IMG/VR virus record: IMGVR_UViG_3300032224_000903
Span: 25,744 to 89,743 of that record
Length of the DNA: 64,000 bases
Strand: one strand, 5' to 3'
Source of the DNA: a virus
Taxonomy: Duplodnaviria; Caudoviricetes
The notes beneath the pieces are model-generated. The model was given only the letters and a program-made list of their open reading frames with translations, did no database searches and was not told the DNA's origin. Positions within the stretch are counted from its first letter, which is position 1, and the number at the start of each line of letters is the position of its first letter. The position numbers and the translations under genes are program-made. Shown here piece by piece: positions 49,242 through 58,811 of this stretch.

Positions 49242-50305
49242 TCTTCTTTTTTAAATGGTTTTGAATATTTTGGTTTTATTAACTTCCAAATTATTTCGTC
49301 TACTTTTGAATTATTATTATCCCACATTGCAAACATTATTGGATGTAAAACTTTTTGTTGTTTCATCACAAATTCTGCAAATTCTTTTTTAGATGGTTCA
49401 GGGTCTCTATCGCCAAATTTTCCATATCTAAAACCATCGTGTAATTTTCCTGCGGTTTCTCTTAATTGAAAACACGCATATCTTAAATCACTGACTGTTT
49501 TTTTAACCCAATCATTAAACTCATCAGGAACTTTTTCAAGTAATTCATCAAAAGGTTTGTCATCTTTTAAATATTCCCATATATCACGATTGGATATATT
49601 GGTTAATATCTTATGTAATCGTTTATATTCTTCTCCTTTGATTTTCATACGAAAACCATTTTTAAATTTAATTACATATCCCTCCCTATCTTTTTGTATT
49701 TCTTCTTTAAGTAAATCATATGTTTCTCCCCATGTCTTATATGTCATTACAACTTCAAATCCTGAATCTTGTGTCCAAAACAAACTACTATCAGGTATCT
49801 CCATTCCACTTTCTGTATGGAAACCACCAATAACAACTAATTTTTCTTCACCTTTATAATCAACTACAATTCTATTTTCGGGATAAATAATCTCAAACAA
49901 ATATGTATTATCTTTTCTCCAAGAACTGATATCGTGTCTATCAAGAATTTCTTTTCCTTTAATTGCTTGTGGTGATGTGAACGAACCACGAGTTGCCATT
50001 ATCCATTCATTCTCATAATTAAAAAGAATACCTAATGATCCGTCCATCTTTTCATAAACAACATAATCTTCATTTGGTATATCTTCAGGTTTATGTTCTT
50101 CGTAATTAAAAAATTTCTTAAATGGTCTTGCCACAATGTCACCTTTAGAATTAGTTACTAACCCGCGGCACTGAATAGTTATTTCGTCCCACAATCTTTC
50201 ATATTGAACTTTTGGTGAATAGTTCCATATGGTCAAATCTTTTGTAGGATGTGTTTGTTTATGTAACAAACCATCAGAATGATATTTCTCTAAAATGTTT
50301 AACAT
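49238..50305 (-). CDS. RNA ligase, T4 Rnl1 family
   Basis: CRGLV, ARPFKKFFN, motif I EKMDGSLGI, FEII, EGYVI, MKIKGEEY. Confidence 0.92.
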   Translation of the reverse strand: MLNILEKYHSDGLLHKQTHPTKDLTIWNYSPKVQYERLWDEITIQCRGLVTNSKGDIVARPFKKFFNYEEHKPEDIPNEDYVVYEKMDGSLGILFNYENEWIMATRGSFTSPQAIKGKEILDRHDISSWRKDNTYLFEIIYPENRIVVDYKGEEKLVVIGGFHTESGMEIPDSSLFWTQDSGFEVVMTYKTWGETYDLLKEEIQKDREGYVIKFKNGFRMKIKGEEYKRLHKILTNISNRDIWEYLKDDKPFDELLEKVPDEFNDWVKKTVSDLRYACFQLRETAGKLHDGFRYGKFGDRDPEPSKKEFAEFVMKQQKVLHPIMFAMWDNNNSKVDEIIWKLIKPKYSKPFKKEE

Positions 50306-50547
50306 TAATTAATTGTTTTGTGGATCCCGATGTTGTAAGTATGTTTTAACCAGTTCATAGACAAATATACACCACATATTTTGTTTTTCCAAATTGATAT
50401 GTGAGAATCTGGTTGACATGTTTCAAAATAAAAATAAACAAAAGGTAATGGATATATTGACCATTGGTTTCTATGTAAGTTAGCGTGAAATTTCATCTTT
50501 GGTTTTGGATTTATGGATTCAATAAAAGAAGAAATAAATTGACTCAT
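50305..50547 (-). CDS. Small aromatic-rich hypothetical protein
   Basis: Overlaps both neighbours in the operon. Confidence 0.6.
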   Translation of the reverse strand: MSQFISSFIESINPKPKMKFHANLHRNQWSIYPLPFVYFYFETCQPDSHISIWKNKICGVYLSMNWLKHTYNIGIHKTIN

Positions 50548-50975
50548 TAAAGTTTAACGTTAAATCTATTCTTCATTTGTTGAAGTTTATCTTTGGGAAC
50601 TCCGTGAACATTTTCATTTCCATGTCTATTTTCAACAATTACAGTGTGAACACGATAATTGTATCTTTCAGCCATTTTAAAATATTCATCCATTTCCCAT
50701 TCTTGGGTAAAAGTATTTGCAACAACTATTTTTGCCTTTTGTTGTCTCATTCTTTCTGAGCATCTAAATTGGCAATAGTTGTGTGCTTCTTTTAATTTAG
50801 TAGGATCAAAATTGTAATCACCTTCTTTATCTTCAAAAAAATCATCGGCAGATAAAATTTCAGGTTCATCCGTACTTCTAAGTTGTAGTATAATTTTTGC
50901 AAGAGTTGTTTTACCTGAACCAGGTAAACCTCGTAATAATATTAATTCGCCTTGTGTCTCGTTTGTAATATCCAT
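50547..50975 (-). CDS. P-loop polynucleotide-kinase-like protein (AAA_33)
   Basis: LRGLPGSGKTT, SADDFF, VVANTFTQEWE, HGVP..KLQQM. Confidence 0.85.
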   Translation of the reverse strand: MDITNETQGELILLRGLPGSGKTTLAKIILQLRSTDEPEILSADDFFEDKEGDYNFDPTKLKEAHNYCQFRCSERMRQQKAKIVVANTFTQEWEMDEYFKMAERYNYRVHTVIVENRHGNENVHGVPKDKLQQMKNRFNVKL

Positions 50976-51028
50976 AGGAGAGATTTAGGATTAAAAAATA
51001 GGGGTCGGAATAAACCAACCCCAATTTC

Positions 51029-51241
51029 TTATTTTACAGCTTCGTTAGATACTGGTTTTTCAGCACCATCTTTTACCGCACCACCTGAAACAGGGGCAAC
51101 AGTTGAATCGGCAACTACTGCAGTTGTATCTGCAACAGGAGCTACTGTAGAGTCAGTTGTTTGAGTTGCGGTTGACCCAGAACCACATGCTGCTAGTGTT
51201 AATACAACACCAAGAGCCAAAATAAATGTTACTTTTTTCAT
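51029..51241 (-). CDS. Small Thr/Ala-rich lipoprotein
   Basis: Start reassigned to MKKVTFILALGVVLTLAA|C; DSTVAPV repeats. Confidence 0.75.
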   Translation of the reverse strand: MKKVTFILALGVVLTLAACGSGSTATQTTDSTVAPVADTTAVVADSTVAPVSGGAVKDGAEKPVSNEAVK

Positions 51242-51285
51242 ATATAGTAAATATACGAAAATTAAATTAGAAAACAAAATCCAAT

Positions 51286-51388
51286 AAAAAACCCCAACGA
51301 GATGTCGGGGTTTAAGGTCTTTGGGTGGGTTCAACCCCACTTACTTTTGAAAAAACGAAAAGGTAATCGACAAAGAGAACCTATAGTG
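51286..51388 (-). ncRNA. Candidate small structured RNA (sRNA-B)
   Basis: Minus-strand TATTTATA at 51390-51397, then nested stems (CUUUG/CAAAG, CUUUU/AAAAG, GUGGG/CCCAC) and an AACCCC/GGGGUU terminator; no ORF. Confidence 0.4.
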
Positions 51389-51425
51389 ATATAAATATAT
51401 ATAACTTTATAAAAAAGTAAAGTAT

Positions 51426-52085
51426 TTATAAAAATTTTACTAAATCTTCCGCCAAATTTTTATGTCCGACCTCGCCATAATGAAAATCGTTTACTTCACC
51501 ATTAGTTTCTTCTCTTACCGTTGGGTATTTTTTAAAGGGAACTAATAAGTTAAAATATTTTTTTTCGTATTGTTTTTCGTCAGTTAAAATCGTATTTGTC
51601 GGCTCAACCCAAGTCCAATGAATTACTTTATTATTCTTACATATATGGTTTATGACTTTTATAAAGTCGCACAATTCATCGTAATAAACGGAATGTGTCA
51701 TTCTGTTAATGTGTAATTGATCAAGTACGTTTTTTTCAATATCAATAAGGTGACCCATTTGGTCCGCAACTGCAATTAACACATCAAATAAATCATTTCT
51801 CTTTGATGCGATTCTAAACCTTATTATTTGAGTCCATCCAAATATAACAACGTCGTTAGGTTGTATCTTTTCAAAATTTTTAATAAAATGATGAAACATA
51901 TTTTGATTTGAACATCCTCCTATTGACATGTCCATAAAATTTAAATTTAAATTTTCGGATATAATATCGCCATAAACTTTAGGACAGTAACCCTTATATG
52001 GTATATATGGCATATAATCAATCACTCGTTTAAACGGTACTGAAAAGGAGTCACCGAACACCCATAAATTATTTTGATTAGACAT
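51426..52085 (-). CDS. SGNH/GDSL-like protein
   Basis: LWVFGDSFS, IGGCSN, NDFHYGEVGH; paralog of the C-half of 1437-3197. Confidence 0.6.
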   Translation of the reverse strand: MSNQNNLWVFGDSFSVPFKRVIDYMPYIPYKGYCPKVYGDIISENLNLNFMDMSIGGCSNQNMFHHFIKNFEKIQPNDVVIFGWTQIIRFRIASKRNDLFDVLIAVADQMGHLIDIEKNVLDQLHINRMTHSVYYDELCDFIKVINHICKNNKVIHWTWVEPTNTILTDEKQYEKKYFNLLVPFKKYPTVREETNGEVNDFHYGEVGHKNLAEDLVKFL

Positions 52086-52088
52086 GTA

Positions 52089-54101
52089 TTATTTCTTTAA
52101 TATAATTAAACTATTGTCTTTAAACTTTAATGTGTGTTGTACATTTTCTAAAATTGTACCTTTTAAAATTTCCTCACTTAAAAAGTCTTCACAAAGATTT
52201 TGTATGATACGTTTTAATGGACGTGCACCATATTCTTCTTGTGAATTTAATTCGTAAATTCTATTGATGACCGTTTTATCAAAAGTAATTTTATAATTTT
52301 TATCAATTAAACGTTTATTTAATTTATTCATTTCAATTCCAATAATCTTTTTTAATGTTTCATCATTAAGAGAATTGAATAAAATAATATCATCAATACG
52401 ATTTAAAAATTCAGGATTAAATTGTTGTTTCAACGCTTTTTGTATCATCGTTTTTCTAACTTCATATTGTTGTTCTTCACTTGATGAAGTTTTGAATCCA
52501 ACACCTGCACCTAAATCAGATACACGTTTAGCCCCTACGTTAGATGTCATGATAACAATTGTATTTGTGAAATTAATTTTTCTACCAAATGAATCTGTTA
52601 AATGTCCTTCATCTAAAATTTGAAGTAGGATATTAAATACGTCTTTATGAGCCTTTTCAATTTCATCAAATAAAACAACAGAGAATGGGTTATTTTTAAT
52701 CTTCTCAGTCAACTGACCTCCCTCATCATAACCAACATAACCTGGCGGAGAACCGATTAATTTAGATACGTTATGTTTCTCCATATACTCACTCATATCA
52801 ACACGAATTATTTTATCAGGATCACCAAATAAGGTTTCTGCAATTGATTTAGCGAGATATGTTTTACCAACACCCGTTGATCCAATAAAGATAAATGAAC
52901 CAATTGGTTTATTTGCTTCTTTGATACCAACACGATTTCTTCTAATTGCCTTAGAGATAGTTTTAACCGCCTCATCTTGACCAATTACTTTTGAAGATAA
53001 AATATTTTCAAGTTCTAATAACTTCTTAGTTTCTTTAGTGTCAAGTTTAGTAATTGGAACTCCCGTCATATCACTAACGATGTCGTAAACATCATCTAAT
53101 GAAACTGGTATTTTATTATCTTTTTGTTTGTCGGACCACTTTAATTTTTCCTCGTCTAATTTAGTTGTCACTTTTCTTTCTTCATCACGAAGCTTCGCAG
53201 CTTGTTCATAGTTTTGACTTTTAACAACTTGAACTTTCTTTTCTTTAATGTCATCAATTTCCTTTTTTAATTTTTCAATTACTTCAGGGATTTTTGATGA
53301 TACTCTTTTTTCAGAACCTAATTCATCTAACACATCAATTGCCTTATCGGGAAATTGTCTATCGGTAATATAACGACCTGAAAGTTTAACGATGGTTTCT
53401 AAAACACCTTCCTCATAACTTACTTTATGAAAGTCTTGATATGAAGTTGTTAAGTTTTTAAGAATTTCTAATGTTTCTTTTTCGGTAGGTTCTTGTAAAA
53501 CTATTTTTTGGAAACGACGAACTAATGCGGCATCTTTCTCAATGTGTTTTTTAAATTCATCAAATGTTGTAGCACCAATACATTGCAATTCACCACGTGC
53601 TAATGCGGGTTTCAAAATATTTGCAGCATCCATTGCACCACTCGCATTACCGGCACCAACCATTGTATGTAATTCATCAATAAAGATGATTACGTTTGGT
53701 GCCTCTTGTAATTCATTAATAATCGCTTTAATTCTCTCTTCAAATTGACCACGGTATTTTGTACCCGCAACTAAAGATGTTAAATCTAAAGACATTATAC
53801 GTTTATCTAAAAGATTTGAAGGACAATCTCCTTTGTGAATCATCAACGCCAATTTTTCTACTAATGCCGATTTACCAACACCAGCTTCACCAACAATAAC
53901 CGCATTGTTTTTCTTTTTACGAGAAAGGATTTGTGCAATTCTTTTTACCTCTTTATCTCTACCAACTACTGGATCAATTTTACCCTCTTCGGCCATCTTA
54001 ATAAGATCACGAGAGAAATTGTCTAAGATTGGTGTATTTGACCCTTTTCTAACCTTCTTAGGGTTTGTGGTTGGTCCGTCCTCAAAAAAATCTACTGACA
54101 T
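52089..54101 (-). CDS. clpC: ClpC-type AAA+ unfoldase lacking the N-terminal Clp_N domain
   Basis: Walker A1 GEAGVGKS, B1 IFIDELH, UVR/M-domain [14 protein letters not shown]2 GSTGVGKT, B2 [12 protein letters not shown] loop. Confidence 0.88.
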   Translation of the reverse strand: MSVDFFEDGPTTNPKKVRKGSNTPILDNFSRDLIKMAEEGKIDPVVGRDKEVKRIAQILSRKKKNNAVIVGEAGVGKSALVEKLALMIHKGDCPSNLLDKRIMSLDLTSLVAGTKYRGQFEERIKAIINELQEAPNVIIFIDELHTMVGAGNASGAMDAANILKPALARGELQCIGATTFDEFKKHIEKDAALVRRFQKIVLQEPTEKETLEILKNLTTSYQDFHKVSYEEGVLETIVKLSGRYITDRQFPDKAIDVLDELGSEKRVSSKIPEVIEKLKKEIDDIKEKKVQVVKSQNYEQAAKLRDEERKVTTKLDEEKLKWSDKQKDNKIPVSLDDVYDIVSDMTGVPITKLDTKETKKLLELENILSSKVIGQDEAVKTISKAIRRNRVGIKEANKPIGSFIFIGSTGVGKTYLAKSIAETLFGDPDKIIRVDMSEYMEKHNVSKLIGSPPGYVGYDEGGQLTEKIKNNPFSVVLFDEIEKAHKDVFNILLQILDEGHLTDSFGRKINFTNTIVIMTSNVGAKRVSDLGAGVGFKTSSSEEQQYEVRKTMIQKALKQQFNPEFLNRIDDIILFNSLNDETLKKIIGIEMNKLNKRLIDKNYKITFDKTVINRIYELNSQEEYGARPLKRIIQNLCEDFLSEEILKGTILENVQHTLKFKDNSLIILKK

Positions 54102-54125
54102 AAATAATAAGTTTAGTTTACATCA

Positions 54126-54157
54126 CAAACATAACATATTCCGTACTAAAAACCAAA
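54126..54157 (-). promoter_or_regulatory. Bacteroidota promoter of clpC
   Basis: TTTG-N20-TATGTTTG. Confidence 0.65.
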
Positions 54158-54180
54158 TACAAATAAAAAAAATATTCTAA

Positions 54181-54224
54181 TGACAAGTTGTCAAATAAAA
54201 TTAAAAAACTATGACAAGTTGTCT
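54181..54224. promoter_or_regulatory. Two palindromic operator-like boxes between clpC and hsp20
   Basis: TGACAAGTTGTCA (54181-54193) and TGACAAGTTGTCT (54212-54224). Confidence 0.6.
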
Positions 54225-54278
54225 AAATTAATGTGTTGGCAAAAATTTTGTTAATATAAAGGTATAAAACATTATACT

Positions 54279-54635
54279 ATGATAACATTATTTAAAGACC
54301 CATTTTTTAGAGGATTAGATACAAAGGGATTTTTATCTACTCCTGAAACTAACATCGAAAAAGATGAATTAGGATACAGAGTATCCATAAGTGTTCCTGG
54401 TTTAACAAAGGAAGATCTTAAAATTTCCACAAAAGAAGGAGTATTGAAAATTATTTACCAAAAAGAAGAGAGTGATAATACACGTCATTTTATTGGAAGT
54501 TTTGTGAAATCCTATAACATTCCAGAAGATGTTAAAGAAAAAGAAATTGAAGGAAAAGTAGAAAACGGGGTTCTAACTCTTTCATTACCAATTGATAAGA
54601 AGAAAAGTTTAGAAAGATTGATTTCTTTAAATTAA
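54279..54635 (+). CDS. Small heat-shock protein (Hsp20/alpha-crystallin)
   Basis: VSISVPGLTKEDLKI, SFVKSYNIPEDV, GKVENGVLTLSLP. Confidence 0.93.
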   Translation: MITLFKDPFFRGLDTKGFLSTPETNIEKDELGYRVSISVPGLTKEDLKISTKEGVLKIIYQKEESDNTRHFIGSFVKSYNIPEDVKEKEIEGKVENGVLTLSLPIDKKKSLERLISLN

Positions 54636-54703
54636 AATATTTCCTCTAAAATTTTTTTTTATGGATATATTTGTGTAGATTTATAATATAAAATTTATAC
54701 ACC

Positions 54704-54955
54704 ATGTCAGTTAAAAAAGAAAAAATCAATGGAAAGATGATCACCGTATCAATCGTTTCCACTAGTTTAAAGGCGGCGTCTTACGACACTTTAAAAGAAA
54801 ATTTAAGAGTTACCTTCACAACAGGTAAGTCTTATGAGTACCAAAACGTTCCATCTACAACTTTTACAAAGTTTAGATTGGCTAAGTCACAAGGTAAGTT
54901 CTTGAATGAGAACATTGTGAGTCAGTTCAAGACGAGAAAAGTTAAAAGTATCTAA
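54704..54955 (+). CDS. KTSC-domain protein
   Basis: VSTSLKAASYD...LRVTF..G..YEYQNVP...A.SQGKF.N. Confidence 0.85.
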   Translation: MSVKKEKINGKMITVSIVSTSLKAASYDTLKENLRVTFTTGKSYEYQNVPSTTFTKFRLAKSQGKFLNENIVSQFKTRKVKSI

Positions 54956-55027
54956 CTAACTTAAACCCCTCTAAATGAGGGGTTTATTTTTTGATATTTA
55001 TTATCTATAATATATAAACAATATAAT

Positions 55028-55273
55028 ATGGGTATAATATCAGAAAAAATTGATGGTAAACTTATTACTGTCATTGTCCAATCATCCAATCTTAAAGAAG
55101 CCACATACAATACTGAAACTGAAGATTTGACCGTTGTATTCAATAACGGAAGTATTTATGAGTATAATAAAGTTCCTTGGTCTAAGTTTACCAAATTTAG
55201 GTTAGCTGAATCTCAAGGAAAACACTTTAACGAAAACATCGCTAAAGTACATAACTATACTAAAAAAGGATGA
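55028..55273 (+). CDS. KTSC-domain protein (tandem paralog)
   Basis: SSNLKEATYN...VVFNNGSIYEYNKVP...AESQGKHFN. Confidence 0.88.
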   Translation: MGIISEKIDGKLITVIVQSSNLKEATYNTETEDLTVVFNNGSIYEYNKVPWSKFTKFRLAESQGKHFNENIAKVHNYTKKG

Positions 55274-56022
55274 GTTTATTTGAAGAACTTATTGAGGGAA
55301 AAAAGAAAGACAAACAAATTGTAAAATCTTTCGAAACAAAAGAAACTTTATCTGATCAAATTTTTGAAGAGAGAAAGGGTCATTTTGTTATGCGTGATGA
55401 AATTAAAAAAAGACTTCTTGAGGTATCTAATGACTTTATTGAAAGTTTGGGGGTTGAGTTTTTTATACATGATGTAGTTCTCACTGGATCTTTGGCGAAC
55501 TATAATTGGTCACAATACTCCGATGTTGATTTACATATCCTTATTGATTTTGAAGAATCCAAATATGAAATGGATATCTTAAAAGAGTTTTTTGATGCGA
55601 AGAAAAACGTGTGGAATGAAAAACATGACATTAAAATAAAGGGTTATGATGTTGAAGTTTACGTACAAGACGTAAATGAGGAACATATCTCATCAGGTGT
55701 TTATTCTATATTACATAATAAATGGATTATAAAACCTGAAAAAGACAAACCAAATATTGACGATAGGAAGATATTAGAGAAGGGTGAGGAGTTTGGAAAA
55801 AGAATAGATCACCTAACACAAAACCCAAAAGATATTACCATTGACCAACTTGAAGATCTTAGAAAGAAGATAAAAGAGTTTAGACAGAGCGGTTTAGAAT
55901 CTGGAGGGGAGTATTCTTACGAAAACCTTACATTCAAATTATTAAGAAGAAACGGATACATCCAAAAACTTTTAAGACTAAAAACACAACTAACAGACAA
56001 GAAATTGTCCATAACGCAATAA
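55270..56022 (+). CDS. Pol-beta-superfamily nucleotidyltransferase
   Basis: LTGSLANYNWS.YSDVDLH (GS-x-DxD) and third carboxylate in DVEVY. Confidence 0.8.
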   Translation: MSLFEELIEGKKKDKQIVKSFETKETLSDQIFEERKGHFVMRDEIKKRLLEVSNDFIESLGVEFFIHDVVLTGSLANYNWSQYSDVDLHILIDFEESKYEMDILKEFFDAKKNVWNEKHDIKIKGYDVEVYVQDVNEEHISSGVYSILHNKWIIKPEKDKPNIDDRKILEKGEEFGKRIDHLTQNPKDITIDQLEDLRKKIKEFRQSGLESGGEYSYENLTFKLLRRNGYIQKLLRLKTQLTDKKLSITQ

Positions 56023-56094
56023 TTATACCTAATTTTTTCTATATATCTATGTATTTATAGGATAAGAATAAGTATATCTTAACAATTTTATAAA

Positions 56095-57066
56095 ATGGCA
56101 GAATTAAAACCACTAGGAAGTGAAAAATTAAACGGGAATGACAAGTTAAAAAGAATTCTCGAATTAACATACTTCAACAACAATAAAAATAATAGTCGTT
56201 CTTCGAGTAAACCCGAATTAGTGAAAGAATCTAAAAACGGGGGTGTATATGGTGTCGTTAAAGAAAAAGACGGTTACTATGTAAAGAGAGGATTAAATGA
56301 ATCATCACTAGATTATATCGGTGGAATGTTCATGAAGAACAAGAATAAGTTCTCTTCGTATGCCGAAGCGTTCAAACGACTTGAGTTGTTGCAAGGACAA
56401 GAGGAATTACAGGAAGCGACAAAATATGTGTTAAAGCAAAACAAACCTCAACAAGAGGCTCCAATGCCAGAACCACAAATGGATTTACCTCCATCACCTG
56501 CGGCTGATGCATCAGGTGACGTTCCTCCTCCATCTCCTGAAGGTGAAGCTCCAATGGATGCACCTACAGACATGCCGCCCGCTGAAGGTGGTGAAGATGA
56601 AGATGCAGGTAAGAGATCATCTTACATGGCTGAAGCTCAAAAATACGCTGGTAAATTAGGTCAAGAATTAAGAGACTTACATGATAGAATGGAAAGTGAT
56701 GATATCAAATACATTTTAAACATGATTATTTCCGCAGTTGATTTAGATAAGTTATCGGATGAAGATATTGAAGATATTGCTAAGAAATTTGAAAGAGAGG
56801 AAGAAGAAGGTGGGATGGGTTCTGAAGAACCAACAGGTGAAGAACCCGCTCCATCTCCTGAACCTGAATTAGATATGAATGAATATGATTCAATGTCGGC
56901 TTTAGATGAGTTTGTAAATACACCAATGGATACTGATGAAGTAAATTTGAGTAAGTATTCAATTAAAGAAGAAGGTGAGATGGATGCGGAAGATGAAACT
57001 AAAGAATTAGATTTGGATGAAATAAAGGCAGCAATTGGTGATACATTAAGCAAATATTTTAAATAA
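56095..57066 (+). CDS. Acidic, Pro-rich hypothetical phage protein (putative head-assembly region)
   Basis: Upstream TATTTATA; first gene of the operon leading to terminase. Confidence 0.7.
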   Translation: MAELKPLGSEKLNGNDKLKRILELTYFNNNKNNSRSSSKPELVKESKNGGVYGVVKEKDGYYVKRGLNESSLDYIGGMFMKNKNKFSSYAEAFKRLELLQGQEELQEATKYVLKQNKPQQEAPMPEPQMDLPPSPAADASGDVPPPSPEGEAPMDAPTDMPPAEGGEDEDAGKRSSYMAEAQKYAGKLGQELRDLHDRMESDDIKYILNMIISAVDLDKLSDEDIEDIAKKFEREEEEGGMGSEEPTGEEPAPSPEPELDMNEYDSMSALDEFVNTPMDTDEVNLSKYSIKEEGEMDAEDETKELDLDEIKAAIGDTLSKYFK

Positions 57067-57069
57067 AAA

Positions 57070-57471
57070 ATGCATCTAATATATGTCAATGAAATCGGTT
57101 CAGATTACAAAGGTCAAAAACAATACGAATTCGTATTCAGTGAGACCACTGAAATTGATATGGGCGATTGGTTCGTTATACCTGCTTCGGCTTGTCAACG
57201 ATCTAAATCTCCTGACATCGAATATGTTGATGTAGTAGGTTTATTAAAAGATACAGATTTACAATTAGAATTAGTTCAAGACTCCGATCATTTCGGAGTT
57301 ATTGATGCTGTGGATGGTGTAGTTTCGATGGCTTGGGAAAAGTTTGACTTTGAGAATACAGAACAAAGATTAACATTTAAATTTGGTGAACCAATAGAGA
57401 ATGTAACAAAGAAATTAAAATCAAGAGGGTTTATCCTCTTAAAAGAAGAAATAAAATTCAAGGAATCATGA
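57070..57471 (+). CDS. Hypothetical phage protein
   Basis: ATG ORF in the operon. Confidence 0.7.
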   Translation: MHLIYVNEIGSDYKGQKQYEFVFSETTEIDMGDWFVIPASACQRSKSPDIEYVDVVGLLKDTDLQLELVQDSDHFGVIDAVDGVVSMAWEKFDFENTEQRLTFKFGEPIENVTKKLKSRGFILLKEEIKFKES

Positions 57472-58805
57472 AAAGAACAGAATTAATTGGAAGACTTCTA
57501 AAAGAAGGTTTTTCTGAAAAGACGTTAGTTAATTTTACCGATAAACAACTTAACGATTTATCGGAAAGAATTGTAACAACTACACAAGCGATGGCAACCA
57601 ATCCTGAAATTCAGAAATTGGCTAATGACCCAAATAAAACAGTTGAGGTTAAAGAAACTTTGAAAGGAAAACAAAAAAACATTGACAAAAACCATAATGG
57701 TAAAATTGACGCCGATGATTTTGCAATTTTAAATAAAGAAAAGAAAGGTGAGACTAAAGAAGATGTAAATGAAGCCGATATGGGATTGACTATTAAATCA
57801 ACACCAAAATCTACACCGTTATTTGGTGGTGCACCTAAAAAGTCTTCATCCCCTAAAAAGAAATCTACACCTAAGAAAAAAGAAGAAAATAGTGAAGAAG
57901 GTGAAGTAGACGAATCTTTACATGGTATTATGATAGGTGCCACTAAAGAAAAATTAAAGAAAGATTTAGGTAGAGATCCTAAAGATCATGAAGTTGAAAA
58001 AGAACTTAATAAATTTGTAGATAGTTGGAAAAAAGATAATGAACCTAAAGAAAAAAAGAAAAAAGGATATATAGTTCCAAAACCACCTGTTCCAAATTTT
58101 AACGGTCATAAAAAGAAAGAAGAAGAGAAAGAGGGTGATTATCACAATGAAAGAAGTGGAAAGGCATTAGATAAATCTAAAGAAGATTTCCCACAACTTA
58201 AAAACATTAAAAAATGTGATGATTGTGGTAAAGTAACGTCAAAATGTACTTGTAAAAAAGAAAAAGAAGTAAATGAATTATTACGATTCTATGATGATGA
58301 CGGAAACCCAATTAAAAATAAAAAAGGTAAACAAGATGCAGTTTCTACAAAAAGTAAAAACTTTGAAAAGAAAACTAAAAGTAAAAAATGTGCGGATTGT
58401 GGTGAATACACAAAAGATTGTAAATGTGATGATAGTCACTTAGAAGAAAATCGTAATATAAAAAATTGGGTTAAAGGTTTGGTAGAGAACAAAGAATTTC
58501 ATAGTTTTACGTCTAAAAACGAAATCATGGAACTTATTCAAACTAAACTAACTGAATCAAATACAATGGTTCAACATGGTCCTAAAGTTAAAAAAGGACA
58601 CAATGGTATTCCTGAGTTTATGTCATATGATGCTATTGTAAATGCGGAACCAAAAACTGCACCTTCAAAACCAGCACCATCAACTAAACCTGGTACAAGA
58701 CCTACACCAACAAGAAGAGAAGATCCAAGAAAAACTCCATTTCAACCTGGACCAGGACCAAACCCTAAACCAAAGGCTAAAATAGCTGAGGAGAAAAAAA
58801 AGTAA
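57468..58805 (+). CDS. Lys/Glu-rich hypothetical phage protein with CxxC repeats and an EF-hand-like motif
   Basis: IDKNHNGKIDADDF; CDDC..C.C and CADC..C.C; Pro-rich tail. Confidence 0.7.
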   Translation: MKRTELIGRLLKEGFSEKTLVNFTDKQLNDLSERIVTTTQAMATNPEIQKLANDPNKTVEVKETLKGKQKNIDKNHNGKIDADDFAILNKEKKGETKEDVNEADMGLTIKSTPKSTPLFGGAPKKSSSPKKKSTPKKKEENSEEGEVDESLHGIMIGATKEKLKKDLGRDPKDHEVEKELNKFVDSWKKDNEPKEKKKKGYIVPKPPVPNFNGHKKKEEEKEGDYHNERSGKALDKSKEDFPQLKNIKKCDDCGKVTSKCTCKKEKEVNELLRFYDDDGNPIKNKKGKQDAVSTKSKNFEKKTKSKKCADCGEYTKDCKCDDSHLEENRNIKNWVKGLVENKEFHSFTSKNEIMELIQTKLTESNTMVQHGPKVKKGHNGIPEFMSYDAIVNAEPKTAPSKPAPSTKPGTRPTPTRREDPRKTPFQPGPGPNPKPKAKIAEEKKK

Positions 58806-58811
58806 GTTAAA

